In this document: positions 8,310 through 21,500 of the stretch, piece by piece | Numbering within the stretch: the stretch's first letter is position 1 | How the letters are laid out: the number at the start of each line of letters is the position of its first letter | Source: a virus | Lineage: Duplodnaviria; Caudoviricetes | Length of the DNA stretch: 30,584 nt | Virus record (IMG/VR): IMGVR_UViG_3300005521_000007 | Coordinates: 1 to 30,584 of that record | Strand: one strand, 5' to 3' | Position numbers and translations under genes: made by a program | The notes under the pieces: generated by a model | The model's input: only the letters and a program-made list of their open reading frames with translations | Told to the model about the DNA's origin: nothing | Databases searched by the model: none

Positions 8310-8714
8310 ATGGCCACACTAAAACAAAAAAGAGCGAGAATATATAAAGATTTTGATTTTGCCTTTGGTAAAAATGCTATAACTGGCGACCTTAATAAAA
8401 AATTAGATGTGAATGCCGTCAAACAATCGATGAAAAATTTAGTTCTAACAAAATATTATGAAAGACCGTTCCAACCTGACATAGGATCTGAATTAGGAAG
8501 TCTATTATTTGAAAATGCAGATATGTTTACAGCAGACAGAATAAGTAAAAGTTTAGAATATTTATTTAGGAACTATGAGAAGAGGGCAAGAATTACAAGT
8601 ATAGATATTCAGCCTAATGTTGATCGCAACGAATACAATGTAGATATTCGTTTTAGTGTTGTAGGTATAAATTCGCCAGAACAATTACAAGTTAAACTAG
8701 AGAGATTACGATAA
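8310..8714 (+). CDS. gp25: Baseplate wedge subunit gp25
   Basis: YKDFD..F, AVKQSMKNLVLT..YERPFQPDIGS...LLFE and C-terminal LERLR. Confidence 0.93.
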   Translation: MATLKQKRARIYKDFDFAFGKNAITGDLNKKLDVNAVKQSMKNLVLTKYYERPFQPDIGSELGSLLFENADMFTADRISKSLEYLFRNYEKRARITSIDIQPNVDRNEYNVDIRFSVVGINSPEQLQVKLERLR

Positions 8715-10618
8715 TGGCACAATTAAATTTAACAGAACTAGACTTTCAAGATATAAAAACAAACTTAAAAGCTTATTTAAAATCACAAGAAGAATTTCAA
8801 GACTATAATTTTGAAGGGTCTGCAATGGCAGTATTAGTAGACTTATTGTCATACAACACACATTACAATGGTATGTTAGCACACATGCTTGCTAATGAAA
8901 ACTTTATAGACACAGCAGTCAAGAGAGAGTCTGTTGTATCTATAGCTAAAGCATTAGGTTATACACCCAGGTCTTATTTAGGAGCAACAGCAACGGTTAC
9001 AGTTACAATAACTCCACCAGCATCTTTTACAGGCACTACACTTACTCTTTCTAGGAACGCAACATTTACTAGTTCAATTGAAGGTAAAGCATACACATTT
9101 TATCCTTTAGAAGATATAACAACATCAGCACAAGTTATAGATGGTGTTACGAAATTTATATTTACAGACCTTTTATTAAAAGAAGGCGTAAGAACAAGTA
9201 ACTCGTTTACAGTACAAGCAGCAAATCCTCAAGGCCCATATATTATACCTAATGGGAATTGTGATGCGACTACAATAAGAGTTAGAGTACAAACTTCACT
9301 TTCAGATACTGCTCTTACAACATGGAATAAGTCAACTACAATTTTAGATGTTAAGAGTGATACTAAAACATTTTGGGTTGAAGAAGGAATAGACGGCCTC
9401 ACACAAATAAGGTTTGGAGATGATGTGTTAGGCAAAAAATTAACTGTAGATAATATTATTGATGTGGATTATATAGCAAGTGGTGGAACAACACCTAACG
9501 GAGCAAAAACTTTCACAGGTTCAAGTATAATATCAGCAAGTGGAGAAACAATAACAGTTACAACTTCAAGTCCTGCATCTGGTGGTAATGTAAGAGAAAC
9601 AACAGATGAAATTAGATTCAACGCTCCGCGATATAACGCAACAAGAGATAGAGCAGTTACAGAGTCTGATTATAAATCACTCATATTACAAAGTAATGAA
9701 AACATACAATCTGTTTCTGTTTGGGGAGGAGAGAAAAACGATCCACCTATATATGGAAAAGTGTTTATTTCATTAAACCCTGTATCAGGACAGATAATAA
9801 CAGAACAAGATAAAGATAATATTAAAAATAGTATTATTGATCCTAAAACTCCTGTAGCAATCATACCTGAATTTGTAGATCCTGAATACACATACATTTC
9901 ATTAGAAGTAGATTCTACTTACGATCCTAAAATCACAACATTAACAAAGGGTGAAGTAGAAACAGCAATTAAGTTACAAATAGATAGTTATTTTAATAGC
10001 AACTTAAACAAATTAAATAAGAGTTTTTATTACAGTAGACTACATGATCAAATTAATAAACAGACAACATCTATTATTTCAACTAATATTAGGTTAGGAT
10101 TACAAAAGAGAGTAAAACCAGAATTTAATGTAGACTATAATTATACAGTTAAATTCAATCAAAAGCTACAGCCTAGAGAGCTCTCTAGTACATATTTTAA
10201 TATCAAAATAGGAACAGCAACACACAAAGCAACATTAGCAGATATACCAGCAGCAACAGTAGTTGCACCATTATATAGTGGATCTGGTGTAGTTAATGCA
10301 ATGGGTTCGGATGGAGAAGTATTGGGTGCTGTAGGAACAATAGATTACGATTCAGGAACAGTTAGTTTACCTGCAATGTATCTTACAAGTTTATATGGAA
10401 CAGAATTAAATTTAAGAATTAATGTTACACCACATGATAGCGTTAAAGATATAACAACACAGGCCTTAATAAGAACATCAGATGTAAGTACAGCAGCAGT
10501 GACTGCTAAACCTTCAAGAAATACAGTTCTAATACAAGACGATAGTGTTGCTAATTCAACGATAAATACAGTATCAGGTGTAAAGATTACAGCGAATAAA
10601 GAAATAGAAGAAGTTTAA
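8714..10618 (+). CDS. gp6: Baseplate wedge subunit gp6
   Basis: [49 protein letters not shown] and VWGGE.NDPP.YGKVFIS. Confidence 0.95.
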   Translation: MAQLNLTELDFQDIKTNLKAYLKSQEEFQDYNFEGSAMAVLVDLLSYNTHYNGMLAHMLANENFIDTAVKRESVVSIAKALGYTPRSYLGATATVTVTITPPASFTGTTLTLSRNATFTSSIEGKAYTFYPLEDITTSAQVIDGVTKFIFTDLLLKEGVRTSNSFTVQAANPQGPYIIPNGNCDATTIRVRVQTSLSDTALTTWNKSTTILDVKSDTKTFWVEEGIDGLTQIRFGDDVLGKKLTVDNIIDVDYIASGGTTPNGAKTFTGSSIISASGETITVTTSSPASGGNVRETTDEIRFNAPRYNATRDRAVTESDYKSLILQSNENIQSVSVWGGEKNDPPIYGKVFISLNPVSGQIITEQDKDNIKNSIIDPKTPVAIIPEFVDPEYTYISLEVDSTYDPKITTLTKGEVETAIKLQIDSYFNSNLNKLNKSFYYSRLHDQINKQTTSIISTNIRLGLQKRVKPEFNVDYNYTVKFNQKLQPRELSSTYFNIKIGTATHKATLADIPAATVVAPLYSGSGVVNAMGSDGEVLGAVGTIDYDSGTVSLPAMYLTSLYGTELNLRINVTPHDSVKDITTQALIRTSDVSTAAVTAKPSRNTVLIQDDSVANSTINTVSGVKITANKEIEEV

Positions 10619-13476
10619 TGGCGGATTATATACCATCATTTTATAGATATGTATCGTCTATAACAGTAACAGCCGGAGGTACGGGGTACCATAATATTCC
10701 TACCGTAACTATATCTGGCGGTGGTGGTACTGGAGCAACAGCTACAGCAACAATATATGGTGGTGTCATTACAGGATACACCATTACAAATAAAGGATCA
10801 GGATATACCTCTGTTCCAACAGTTACAATAACACCACATGGTGATGATGGCTCAGCAACAGGCGCAACAGCATCAGCAGTTTTAGACGCAGCACAAAGCA
10901 ACGCATCATTAGAAAAAAGAAATAAAGCTTTTGAAATTAAAGAACAAGTACCTGAGTATATAGGAACAGAGTATCCAATATTTGTAACTTTCTTAGAGAA
11001 ATATTATGAGTTCATGGACGCTAATTATAGTGATCCTAGTAATTACACATCTGATATAGATTATTCTAGTGAAACATTCTTAGACAAGTGGAGAGGAGCA
11101 TTAGTATCAGACTTTCCTAAACTATTAACTACAGAAAAAAGTTTTTTCTATAAAAGAGCAAAAGACTTTTATGAATCAAAAGGTAGTAAACGATCTATAG
11201 AAGCTTGGTTTAGAATTGTACACGGAGAAAATGTAGACATTTCTTATCCGTATCAGTATGTATTAAAGCCTTCCGATGGTATCTATAATGTAGAGAAGGC
11301 AGTCAAAATACAAGAAGCAGAACACGGCGGTGGTAGTTTAGAGCCTTTAACTTTAGAAGGTAAAAAGATTGATTTAAGATATAAATCAACCACAGGTACA
11401 GTTACAATAACAAAAACAACGAATGCTAGTGTAAGAAGAGTAGAGAAGAATACTTATCAAACAAACGGCCTAACATTACAAAGGTTTGAACTTATACTTT
11501 CATTTGATGATGCCGGAGTAACAGACATATATGGCCCAGGAGCAGGTGCAGTATTTACAGCAGCTGTTTCAGGTGGAAAGGTTACAGGTATTACAGTAAC
11601 CTCAGGTGGTTCAGGATACACAGCAGCCCCACCTATACAGATTTTTGCTAATGTTGCAGATACAATTACAGATGTAGCAACAGCACACGCATTAGTAACT
11701 GATGGTGTTGTTACGAGTGTCGTTGTAGATAACGATGGGGCTGGTTACACAAATGCACCAACAATAGAATTAGACTTACAGGATATAAGATCTTATGTTG
11801 TAGACGATGGCGCAGGAAACAATGCAGCAGACATATATGGTTATATAGTTAGAGTACTAACAGGCGTAACATTTAAATCTTATTCCGGTTCAGCAGCAAA
11901 CGCTGGATTTAAAATAGGACAAATTTTCGCAATTAATGAAACGGGAGATGACGGTAAAGCATACGCAGTTACAGGATATTTTGCTGAGGACTACACATTT
12001 ATAGGTGGTTCAAATGATGCTTATATAAGAATAACAGGCGTAACAACATCAGGCCTGCCATCAGCGTTTGCAGTTATTAATCCTGGTTCTACATTCTTAA
12101 AAGACACAGCAGATATTAATATAACTTCTCCTTCTGGAGAGACATGTACTATTACATTAAAAACAGGTTATTTATTCGAGTATGAAGGCGTATATAAAAA
12201 CGATCAAGGAAAATTATCTGATGTTAATGTATTAGCAGACAATAAAAGATACCAACCATATTCATATGTAATTAAATCGGGTATTGCACAGACAACTTGG
12301 GATAGGGGATTACGAGATACAGTACACCCAGCAGGTATGCAAGTGTTTGGAGATTTAATTGTTAGAAGTATTGTAGATTATAATGTAGCCTTTGATGTTT
12401 CGTCGACAGGATATACATTCTATATATTTGATGCAGATGATTTAGTATCAACAGTTGAAACTGTGGTATTTAATGTAAGTCTTGTTAAAACAGATGCACC
12501 AACAGCAGCAGAAAGTCATGCAATTCACTTCTCACCAGGCCTCATCACATCAGCAGTACTAGGAACAGATCAGGGTGTAAATCCTTATGTTGTAAGTGGT
12601 TATTGGAATGATGACACTGATGGAGTATCAGCCGATAACTATAATATTGGAGACGATCAATTCGTTAAAGCCGTCAGTAAGATATTTACTGAAGCTCTAA
12701 CTGCTTCAGATAGTGTAGCAGAAGATGCAATAGACATTAGTTTTATTAGAGCATTTACAGAAACACAAACAGTAGCAGAGCAATTCGTTAAAGCATATAC
12801 AAAAGTATTTGATGATGGATTTAGCAATACTTATTGGACACCGGCGTCAGGATCAAGTGCATATACCAATGACACTGGAGACAGTGGTGGTTTCTTGCCT
12901 TATGTAGGCACCAGAGTTGGGGCGGTAACGGCCTCAGATTCATTTAGTTATATACGAATTCTGGGGGTAGCACCTTCAGATACAGTTTCAGTTACTGAAG
13001 TAGCACAGGTGTTGGTAACATATAATATCACACCTAGCGACACAGGAACTGTATCAGACGTATATGTTATGAATTTTAACCAAGCGTTCACTGAAACGCA
13101 AACAGTTACAGACAGCCCCGTTAAATCTGTTTCAATACCAGTAACAGATTCAGCAAGTATATCAGAGTCGTTTGAATCACTATTATTTGTAACAGAGGTA
13201 TATAGTGATAGTGTTACAATAACATCTTCTGAGGTACTACAAATTAATAAAGCAATTTCGGAAACATTAACTGGTTCCGATGCTTTAAACAGTATAAATA
13301 CAAGTAAAGGAATAACTGAAACAGAAACAGTTACAGAATCCTTAGTTAACGCACTTAGTAAACCGGCAACGGATAGTGCAACAGCTACAGATACGGGTAT
13401 AGGATCTATGCAAGATTACGCAGATCCAACATATCTTTCAGAGGATTATGTAGGAACCGGTTGGACCCTTACATAA
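10618..13476 (+). CDS. gp7: Baseplate wedge initiator gp7-like, with inserted repeat modules
   Basis: QVPEYI...[22 protein letters not shown]...[19 protein letters not shown] and [10 protein letters not shown]. Between gp6 and gp8. Confidence 0.8.
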   Translation: MADYIPSFYRYVSSITVTAGGTGYHNIPTVTISGGGGTGATATATIYGGVITGYTITNKGSGYTSVPTVTITPHGDDGSATGATASAVLDAAQSNASLEKRNKAFEIKEQVPEYIGTEYPIFVTFLEKYYEFMDANYSDPSNYTSDIDYSSETFLDKWRGALVSDFPKLLTTEKSFFYKRAKDFYESKGSKRSIEAWFRIVHGENVDISYPYQYVLKPSDGIYNVEKAVKIQEAEHGGGSLEPLTLEGKKIDLRYKSTTGTVTITKTTNASVRRVEKNTYQTNGLTLQRFELILSFDDAGVTDIYGPGAGAVFTAAVSGGKVTGITVTSGGSGYTAAPPIQIFANVADTITDVATAHALVTDGVVTSVVVDNDGAGYTNAPTIELDLQDIRSYVVDDGAGNNAADIYGYIVRVLTGVTFKSYSGSAANAGFKIGQIFAINETGDDGKAYAVTGYFAEDYTFIGGSNDAYIRITGVTTSGLPSAFAVINPGSTFLKDTADINITSPSGETCTITLKTGYLFEYEGVYKNDQGKLSDVNVLADNKRYQPYSYVIKSGIAQTTWDRGLRDTVHPAGMQVFGDLIVRSIVDYNVAFDVSSTGYTFYIFDADDLVSTVETVVFNVSLVKTDAPTAAESHAIHFSPGLITSAVLGTDQGVNPYVVSGYWNDDTDGVSADNYNIGDDQFVKAVSKIFTEALTASDSVAEDAIDISFIRAFTETQTVAEQFVKAYTKVFDDGFSNTYWTPASGSSAYTNDTGDSGGFLPYVGTRVGAVTASDSFSYIRILGVAPSDTVSVTEVAQVLVTYNITPSDTGTVSDVYVMNFNQAFTETQTVTDSPVKSVSIPVTDSASISESFESLLFVTEVYSDSVTITSSEVLQINKAISETLTGSDALNSINTSKGITETETVTESLVNALSKPATDSATATDTGIGSMQDYADPTYLSEDYVGTGWTLT
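12682..13400 (+). repeat. Degenerate roughly 19-aa protein repeats (FTE.QT..D/E) in the gp7 C-terminal extension
   Basis: [72 protein letters not shown]. Confidence 0.65.
13293..13300 (+). promoter_or_regulatory. Internal T4-type late promoter TATAAATA
   Basis: Perfect consensus inside the 3' end of gp7, about 200 nt before the next gene. Confidence 0.6.
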
Positions 13477-13500
13477 CGATAAACATATTAGGAGAATAAA

Positions 13501-13944
13501 ATGTTTAAAAATGACAAAACCAAAGCTTCAGGTAAGCTTATAGTTGAAATCAAAAACGAGAAAGGCCAAGTCACTCAAACAAGAGAGGTAAAAAACCTCG
13601 TTGTTGACACAGGCCTCGCTTATATTGCATCCAGAATGAAGGATGCTACAGCAACAGCTATGTCTCATATGGCTATTGGAACAGGAACAACAGCAGCAGC
13701 TGCTGGGAATACTGCTCTAGTAACAGAGGCAGACAGAAACGCACTAACTTCTACAACCGTTACAGCAAACGCTGTCGCTTATGTTGCATCATTTGCAGCA
13801 GGTGAAGGTACAGGAGCTATTACAGAAGCTGGTATTTTAAATGCCAACTCTGCTGGAACTCTACTTTGTAGAACAGTTTTTTCTGTTGTTAATAAAGGCG
13901 CGTCAGATTCAATGACAATTACTTGGACAGTAACAATTTCTTAA
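13501..13944 (+). CDS. Virion structural protein, tail-collar/fibre-attachment-like
   Basis: NLVVDTG...MAIGTG...ITEAGI...GTLLCR.VF..VNK...D..TITW resembles tail-collar fibre N-terminal domains. Strong AGGAG RBS. Confidence 0.6.
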   Translation: MFKNDKTKASGKLIVEIKNEKGQVTQTREVKNLVVDTGLAYIASRMKDATATAMSHMAIGTGTTAAAAGNTALVTEADRNALTSTTVTANAVAYVASFAAGEGTGAITEAGILNANSAGTLLCRTVFSVVNKGASDSMTITWTVTIS

Positions 13945-13953
13945 GGTAAGTAA

Positions 13954-15540
13954 ATGGCGCTAGTACTACGCAGACTAGGCAGAGTGGAATTGGCCAGAAC
14001 ATTCCACAGGGATATTCGTAATAACAACGACTATTTCCACTTTGCCGTAGGGAGAACAGAGGCTTGGGCAGATGACACAAGCCCTGAACTTCCTATCGAT
14101 AATGATTCGTATGTCTCAGGTTTTAGACGCAGCATGATGTTTACTCAAAGAATTGATTCTGCAGATGTTTGCTTATTAGCAAAAAGAACAGATTGGACAA
14201 CGGGCACGGTGTATGATGAATATGATGATAATGTTTCATCCTCTAATCAAACATACTCCGGGGCCTCCAATCTTGCAGATGGAAACTTTTTTATAATGAC
14301 TGATGAATTTAAAGTATATAAATGTATCAGTAACAACCTTAACGGACCAAGTACAGTAAAACCTACAAGCACAGGCACATCTGTATTTGAATTGTCCGAT
14401 AACTACAATTGGAAATTTATGTTCCAAATCTCAGCATCAGATCAAAATAAATTCTTAGATGCTGATTATATTCCTGTTAGAAAGTTGACAGGAAATCCAA
14501 CACATGATGTCACAGGAGAAGTAGATAGTGTTACTATAACAGCAGGAGGCTCAGGTTATACAAGTGCTCCTACAGTAGTAATACAAGGTGACGGTGATGG
14601 ATTAGCAGCAGGTACAGCAACTATAGCAAGCGGGGCAGTAACAGGTGTTACAATAACAGCATCCGGATCAGGTTATAGTTTTGCTTTTATATCTTTCACA
14701 GGTGGCGGAGGCTCTAACGCAACAGGGACAGTCAATTTAGGAGACGCAGATTCACTTCCAGCATTACAAAGTGCTGTTGAAGGAGCTGCAGTTAATGGAA
14801 CATTAGATAGAGTAATTGTTACCAACGCAGGCCAAGACTACGCAGCAAGTGATGTACAAGTTGCAGTAGAAGGAGATGGTTCAGGAGCAGAAGCAAGTGC
14901 TTATGTTAACGCAGCAACAGGAGCCATAACAAAAATAAGAGTTACAAATCCAGGTTCAGGATACTCATACGCAACATTAAAAATTACGAACACATCAGCT
15001 CCAGGAACAGGAGCAACAGCAAGAGGAATTGTATCACCACAGGGTGGACATGGTTCAAATGCACCAAGAGAATTATTTGCACATAATTTAGGTGTAACGG
15101 TTTCATTCTCAGATAATGATAACGCAGACTTAATATTAGGCAACGACTTTAGACAAATTTCTTTAGTTAAAAATATTCAAACTCCAGCAGGAGTAACATA
15201 TACAACGAACACAGCTACTGCATGTTATATAATTAATGTGCCATCAGTAGCAAGTTACGCAGTAGATGATATAATAACATCAGATGATGGAGGCTCATTT
15301 ACAGTAATACAAATAGATTCAACGAACAAAAATATATATTTAACTTCAACGAATCCAACAATAACATCAAACTCTACATTGACAAATACTACTCAAAGCA
15401 TCAGTAGTTTGAGTATAAATAGTTTAACAAATCCAGAAGTTAATAACGCTTCGGGTGAAGTTATTTACATAGACAACAGATCGCCAATTGTTAGATCGGC
15501 GGACCAGGTAGAACAAATAAAGGCATTGATTAGGTTTTAA
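13954..15540 (+). CDS. gp8: Baseplate wedge subunit gp8
   Basis: GR..AW.DD..P..P, R.DW..GTVYDEY, FKVYKCISN, D.Y.WKFM, P.GGHG...EL, NDFRQ and SGEVIYIDNR.PI.R..DQ.E.IK..I.F. Confidence 0.9.
   Translation: MALVLRRLGRVELARTFHRDIRNNNDYFHFAVGRTEAWADDTSPELPIDNDSYVSGFRRSMMFTQRIDSADVCLLAKRTDWTTGTVYDEYDDNVSSSNQTYSGASNLADGNFFIMTDEFKVYKCISNNLNGPSTVKPTSTGTSVFELSDNYNWKFMFQISASDQNKFLDADYIPVRKLTGNPTHDVTGEVDSVTITAGGSGYTSAPTVVIQGDGDGLAAGTATIASGAVTGVTITASGSGYSFAFISFTGGGGSNATGTVNLGDADSLPALQSAVEGAAVNGTLDRVIVTNAGQDYAASDVQVAVEGDGSGAEASAYVNAATGAITKIRVTNPGSGYSYATLKITNTSAPGTGATARGIVSPQGGHGSNAPRELFAHNLGVTVSFSDNDNADLILGNDFRQISLVKNIQTPAGVTYTTNTATACYIINVPSVASYAVDDIITSDDGGSFTVIQIDSTNKNIYLTSTNPTITSNSTLTNTTQSISSLSINSLTNPEVNNASGEVIYIDNRSPIVRSADQVEQIKALIRF
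15414..15421 (+). promoter_or_regulatory. Internal T4-type late promoter TATAAATA
   Basis: Perfect consensus near the 3' end of gp8, about 125 nt before the VrlC-like gene. Confidence 0.6.
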
Positions 15541-15546
15541 GAAAAA

Positions 15547-18500
15547 ATGGCATTAAATTTAAACACATCACCATATTACGACGACTTTAGCGACGACAAA
15601 AGATTCCACCGCATTTTGTTTAAACCTGGCGTAGCAGTACAGGCTAGAGAATTAACACAATTACAAACACTATTACAAGATCAGTTAGATAAAGGATTTG
15701 GTTTTGTAATACAAGAAGGAGCTGTAATAACAGGTTGTGCAGAATCCACAAACTCAATAGATTGGATTAAAGTTAATGACACCGACGCAGCGGCAGTAAC
15801 AATAGTTAATTCAACACTTGTTAATTATGTAGGTTTAGAAATAATTGGAAGCACAACAGGCCTGACAGCTAAAATAATATCAACAGAAACAGGAACACAA
15901 GCTGGTAATCCAGATATGAAAACCCTGTATGTTAAATATTTAAATACAGTATCAGGACATACTCATTTCTCATCAGGAGAAACACTATCAGTTTATACAC
16001 CTAATGCAGGTGATGGAACAGCAGTAACAGATTTAAATGGTTATTCATTCGTGGTTAACAATGTTAATGGTAATAGTTTTGCAGGTAAATACCATGGTAA
16101 AACAAACGAAGTAACATTACAACCAGGAATTGTATTTGCCAGAGGCTCGTTTATAAAAACAGATAAAATTTCAACAAAAGTAGACAAGTATAATCCAATG
16201 GCAACAAAGCATGTTGGCTTTGTCGTTGAGGAAGAAGTTTCACAGTCTGCAGTTGACTCATCATTATTAGATCCAGCACAGGGTTCATTTAACTACAACG
16301 CCCCTGGAGCAGATAGACTTAAATTTTCAGTAACACTTAAAACATATAAACCTACTGATACAAAACCAGAAAATTTTTACACATATTGCCACTTTCAAGA
16401 CGGCGCAATACAAAGAATTACTTTAAAAGATAATCCACTCTCTGGCGTAGGAGAAATTCTAGCAGGAAGAACATACGACGAGTCAGGTAATTATCTTGTT
16501 AGAGGAAATACAGTTTCATTAAGAGAACATTTAAACGAAAATAATAACGGCGGTGTTTTCTTATCATCCAATGGTGGTTCAAGAGATGCTTTAATGGTTC
16601 AAGTAGATCCAGGCATTTCTTATGTAGGAGGCCACAAACGAGAATTATTAAGTTCCAAACGAATTCCTTTAATGAAACCTACAATGGACATTACAAAGGA
16701 GTCACAACCTATATCAACATCATACGGCAACTATGTAAATATTAATTATGTAGAAGGAATATTTGATGTAGATGGTGGTGGTGTATGTGACTTGTATGAT
16801 ACAGTACAAAACGGAGCGGCCTCAGCAGCAGGAAGTAAAGTAGGTGAGGCAAAAGTAAGACAATTAGTATATTCAAGTGGCACACCAGGAGCTACAGCAG
16901 CAGTTTATAGACTTTACATATATGATCTCCAAATGCTTAGTGGAGATTTTACAGCAGTTAAAGGAATAAGATTTGAAAATACAGAAGCAGACGGTGTAGC
17001 AAATACAGTTCTTGTAAGCAGTAAAGCTGTATTGAACGAAAGTAAAGTAAATAAAACAATTTACAGGTTGCCATTTAAAAACATCAAAACATTAAAAGCA
17101 GAAGCAGGCAATACATATGATTATACTTTCCAATATCAAAAGGAATTCAATGTAACATTAGACGGAACAGATGGTGATGCAACACTAACAGTAACAGGAA
17201 ACGAAACATTCCCTTACTCCGGCACACTAACTGATACACAGAAAAGAGATTTTATAATTGTAGCAAAAGCAGGCTTTACACAAAACTCTGCTACAATAGC
17301 AGCGGGTGAATATATAGACTTAACATCTAATAACTCTAACGCCTCGGTTACAGTTAACAGTTCAACATCTATTACAATAGATACAGGTGGTGCAGTTACA
17401 GGCACAGGTACAGTAAGAGTATATGTACCGGTTCAAGTAGCAGATGGTACACCAATTTCCAAAGCATTACAAACAAGTCAATATGTTAAAATTGATACAG
17501 GAACACACCCTGCAGGCACAACAGGAGAATATAATTTAGGCCTTTCAGATGTCTATAAAATAGAGTCAATTACAGCAGGAACAAATGCAAACTATACAAC
17601 AGGACAAACAAACTACACATCTGATTTTAGAATAAACAATGGCCAGCAAGATAGTTTCTATGGACAAGCAAGAATATTTAAGAAAGGAACTAGCTCATTA
17701 AATCTTTCTACAAATAGATACATTGTTGTTAAATTATCTGCTTTTGTTGCAACTACTTCTGGTCCTTCATTTGCTTGTATAGACAGTTATCCAGTAGACG
17801 ATAGTTCAAGTCCTGCAGCAAATACAATAAGGACAGAAGATATACCTCTATATATCTCACAAAAATATGGAGAATTTAGTTTAAGAGATAGCATTGACTT
17901 CCGTCCGTATGTAACAAACACAGCGACATTAACAGGAACATTAGGTAGTGCATCTGTAAACCCAGCTAACGATAAAGTAATTAACAGACCAGGTACAGGT
18001 TTAACAAGTCCAGTACCTACAAAAACATTTTCAACAGATTTAAAATATTATCAAGGCAAAAAACTAAGAATAGTTTTAGATAATGATGGACAATATAGAA
18101 TAGTAGAAGGAGCATATTCAGACGATCCTAAGATGCCTGCAGAACCAGGCAAATCAATGACAATGGCATTGGTTGATCTTCCTCCTTATCCTTGTTTATC
18201 ACCTGAAGCAGGTAAAATAGCGGCAAGGCCTGGCTATACATCGTCAGTTAAAAATGTATCTCAGAAACGATATACAATGAAAGAGATTGGTGGGTTAGAA
18301 CAAAGAATTAAAAACTTAGAATATTACGCATCATTAAACTTGTTAGAAACTTTTGCTAAAGATCAAACTATTGTAAGCTCTACAGGTGTAGATAGATTTA
18401 AAAACGGTATATTAGTAGATCCGTTTACAGGGCACAATGTGGGCTCTGTATTAGATCCTAATTATAAAATATCTATAGACCCAGATAAAAAACTAGCAAG

Positions 18501-21500
18501 ACCATTCTTTGTATTAGAAAATATTAGAACACAAATGTTCTCAGGAATATCTGCAGACGCAGCAGTAACAGGAACAGATTTAAGACTTACTGGCTCTACA
18601 ATAACATTACCATACAATAGAAAAGTTATTGCATCACAACTAATGGCTTCTCAGACTGAGAACTTAACTAAAGAATTAACATTCCACTATTCGGGAGATA
18701 TTATATTAACTCCTGATATAGACAACTTTGTTGACACAGCAGTTCAGCCAGCAGTTAATGTAAACTACGATGGCAACTATGATGCTTGGGAGAACATGTC
18801 AAATGCTTGGGGAACACAATGGGGTTCATGGGAAGATTCAGGTGTAGCAAATGTTACAACTAATTCATCAACACTATCAACATTTAATACAGGTGGTGGT
18901 GATGGAAGTGCAGCATCATTTACTACAACTACAACAGAACAGACGCAAGTAAGACAGGGCATAGGAATAGATGTAACAGCTTCAACAGATAATTTAGACT
19001 TAGGAGAAAAGGTAGTAGATATGGCCTTTGCTCCGTTTATGAGAAGTAAATTAGTAATTGCAGAAGCTACTAGGATGAAACCACAAACAAGAGTTTATCC
19101 ATTCTTTGATGGAGAAGATGTATCAGCAAATTGTACAGATATTAATGGCAATAGTACACTTACAACAGACGTAAACGGCAACATTGTAGTACAATTTACA
19201 TTACCTGCAGGAAGATTTAAATCAGGACAAAGATATTTTAAACTTACTGATAGTTCAAATAATCAAGACAAGATGGCTAAAACATCAGCAAACGCTCTTT
19301 ATGAGTCTTCAGGCTTTGTACAACAGAAACAAGGTACAGTAATAGCAATGAAGTCTGCTAGTTTATCATCAACATCATATTCAGATAATAGGGTACTTAC
19401 AGATAGGAGCATAGAATATAGTATAGGTTCAGGAACACCTTTACCTCCTCCACCCGCACCCGTTGTTATTAGTAATCCTCCAGTAGAGATTATAACAATA
19501 ACACCTGTACCTGTACCGGCACCAACTATTGTAGTGCAACCAACTGCATCGCCAACAACCATTGCAACATCACAAGTGATTACGACAACTGTTACAACAA
19601 CAGCAACAACAGCAGCTCCTACAACAGCAGCACCTGTATCAACACCAGCAGTTACAACGACTCAACCACCAGTAACACCTGTACCAACAACACCTGCACC
19701 AAATCCAACACCTGATGTCCCAAGTCCTGCATGGAATCCTGGTTTCCCATTAAGAGGAAGAGGAGCAGGAGGCTGGCCATCATTTGTTGTTGATATTGGT
19801 ATAGCAGTACAAGCTGCTATTACACCTGCACCACCTACACCAGCCCCAGTGGTTGTTGACGTTTTTGACGACTTTGAACCTAGTGAGAATATGTGGGACG
19901 ATTGGGAAACACCACAACTAAATTTTGGAAGAGGTTGGAACATGTTTGCCAGAGATCCTTTGGCACAAACATTTATGATAAATGGTATGCCTGGCGGAGT
20001 ATTTATTACAGACATAGAATTATTCTTTAAGAACAAACCTACAACAGGTAGCAACGCTGTAACACTAGAAATTAGAGAAGTTATTAACGGCATACCTGGA
20101 CCTAAGATTGTTCCTAATGGTAGTAAGAGAGTATTGTTAGCAGATATTAATACATCATCAGAATCAGGCGGAACTACATCATTTGCTTCAACTGAATTTA
20201 GATTCGATAACCCTGTTTATTTACAAAACGAAACAGAATATTGCTTTGTTCCTAAACCAGAGAACGATGAAGAAGGTTATGATCTTTGGATATCAGAACT
20301 AGGCGAAAATCAAGTAGGAACAACAGAAAGAATTACAAAACAACCAGCAGCTGGTATGATGTTTAGCTCTGCTAATGACAGATCCTGGAACCCACATCAA
20401 TCAAAAGACATAATGTTTAATATACACAGATGTAATTTTAAAGTGTCAACAGTATCTGGTAAATTAACACACGAAAATTTAGATTGGGTTAACTTTAGTT
20501 CTACAAGCACAGGCGAAAAAATAGACTGGGCAGTAGGTACAAGATTAGTTGGACACCAACCTACAATTACTAATGCAGGAACAGGATACACAGGACTATC
20601 ACCAACAGTTACAGTAACTAATACAGGAACAGGTGGAACAGGATTAACAATGACTGCAACAGTAACAGGAGATGTTATATCAGCATTAACAGTTACGAAC
20701 CCTGGTTCAGGATATGTAAGTGCACCAACAATAGCAATTTCAGCAGGAACAGGAACACAAGCAACAGGAACATTACAATTACAAAATTGTTTGGTAGAAA
20801 ATTGGAACACATTAGATGAACAGATTACACTACAAAGAGGAAACGACGGCATACCTTTAAAAGCAGGACAACTTATTGGAAGCACACAAGGGTACGGAAC
20901 AATAGGTTCATTTACAAATAAAGTAGTTAATGAACTTGCTCTTAACTCAGGCCTTATGTTGCCTAATGATGCAACAATAGCAAGCGCTAAAGTTGCAATA
21001 AACGAAACAGGAACAGCAAATGCAGTTTCTAAAACAGGTGTTTCAGAAGTTTACACAGATATAGACTTTAATATAACAAACAACCTATTAAAAGAACACA
21101 CAATATATAGTAGATCAAACGAATTAGAAACAACAGGCAACGGAGGCTATGAAGACGATAAGACCTCGTTGTTAGATATTTCATTCACAACTTCACAAGA
21201 AAATGTTAGCCCAGCAATGGACTTTGCACAGATAGATTATTTGTGTATAGCTAATAGTGTAAATAATGACTCTACTAATGAAGACACGAGATTCCAAGGT
21301 AACGCTTCTTCTCGATATATAACAAGGAGAGTAATACTTGAGGATGGCCAAGACGCAGAGGATATAGTAGTATATTTAGATGCAGCTATCCCAACAGAAG
21401 GAAGTTTAAAAGTTTACGGTAAGATGATGAACTCCGTAGATGAAGCAGACTTCCAAGACGATTTAAGCTGGGTAGAATTATCATCAGTAACAAGCCCATT

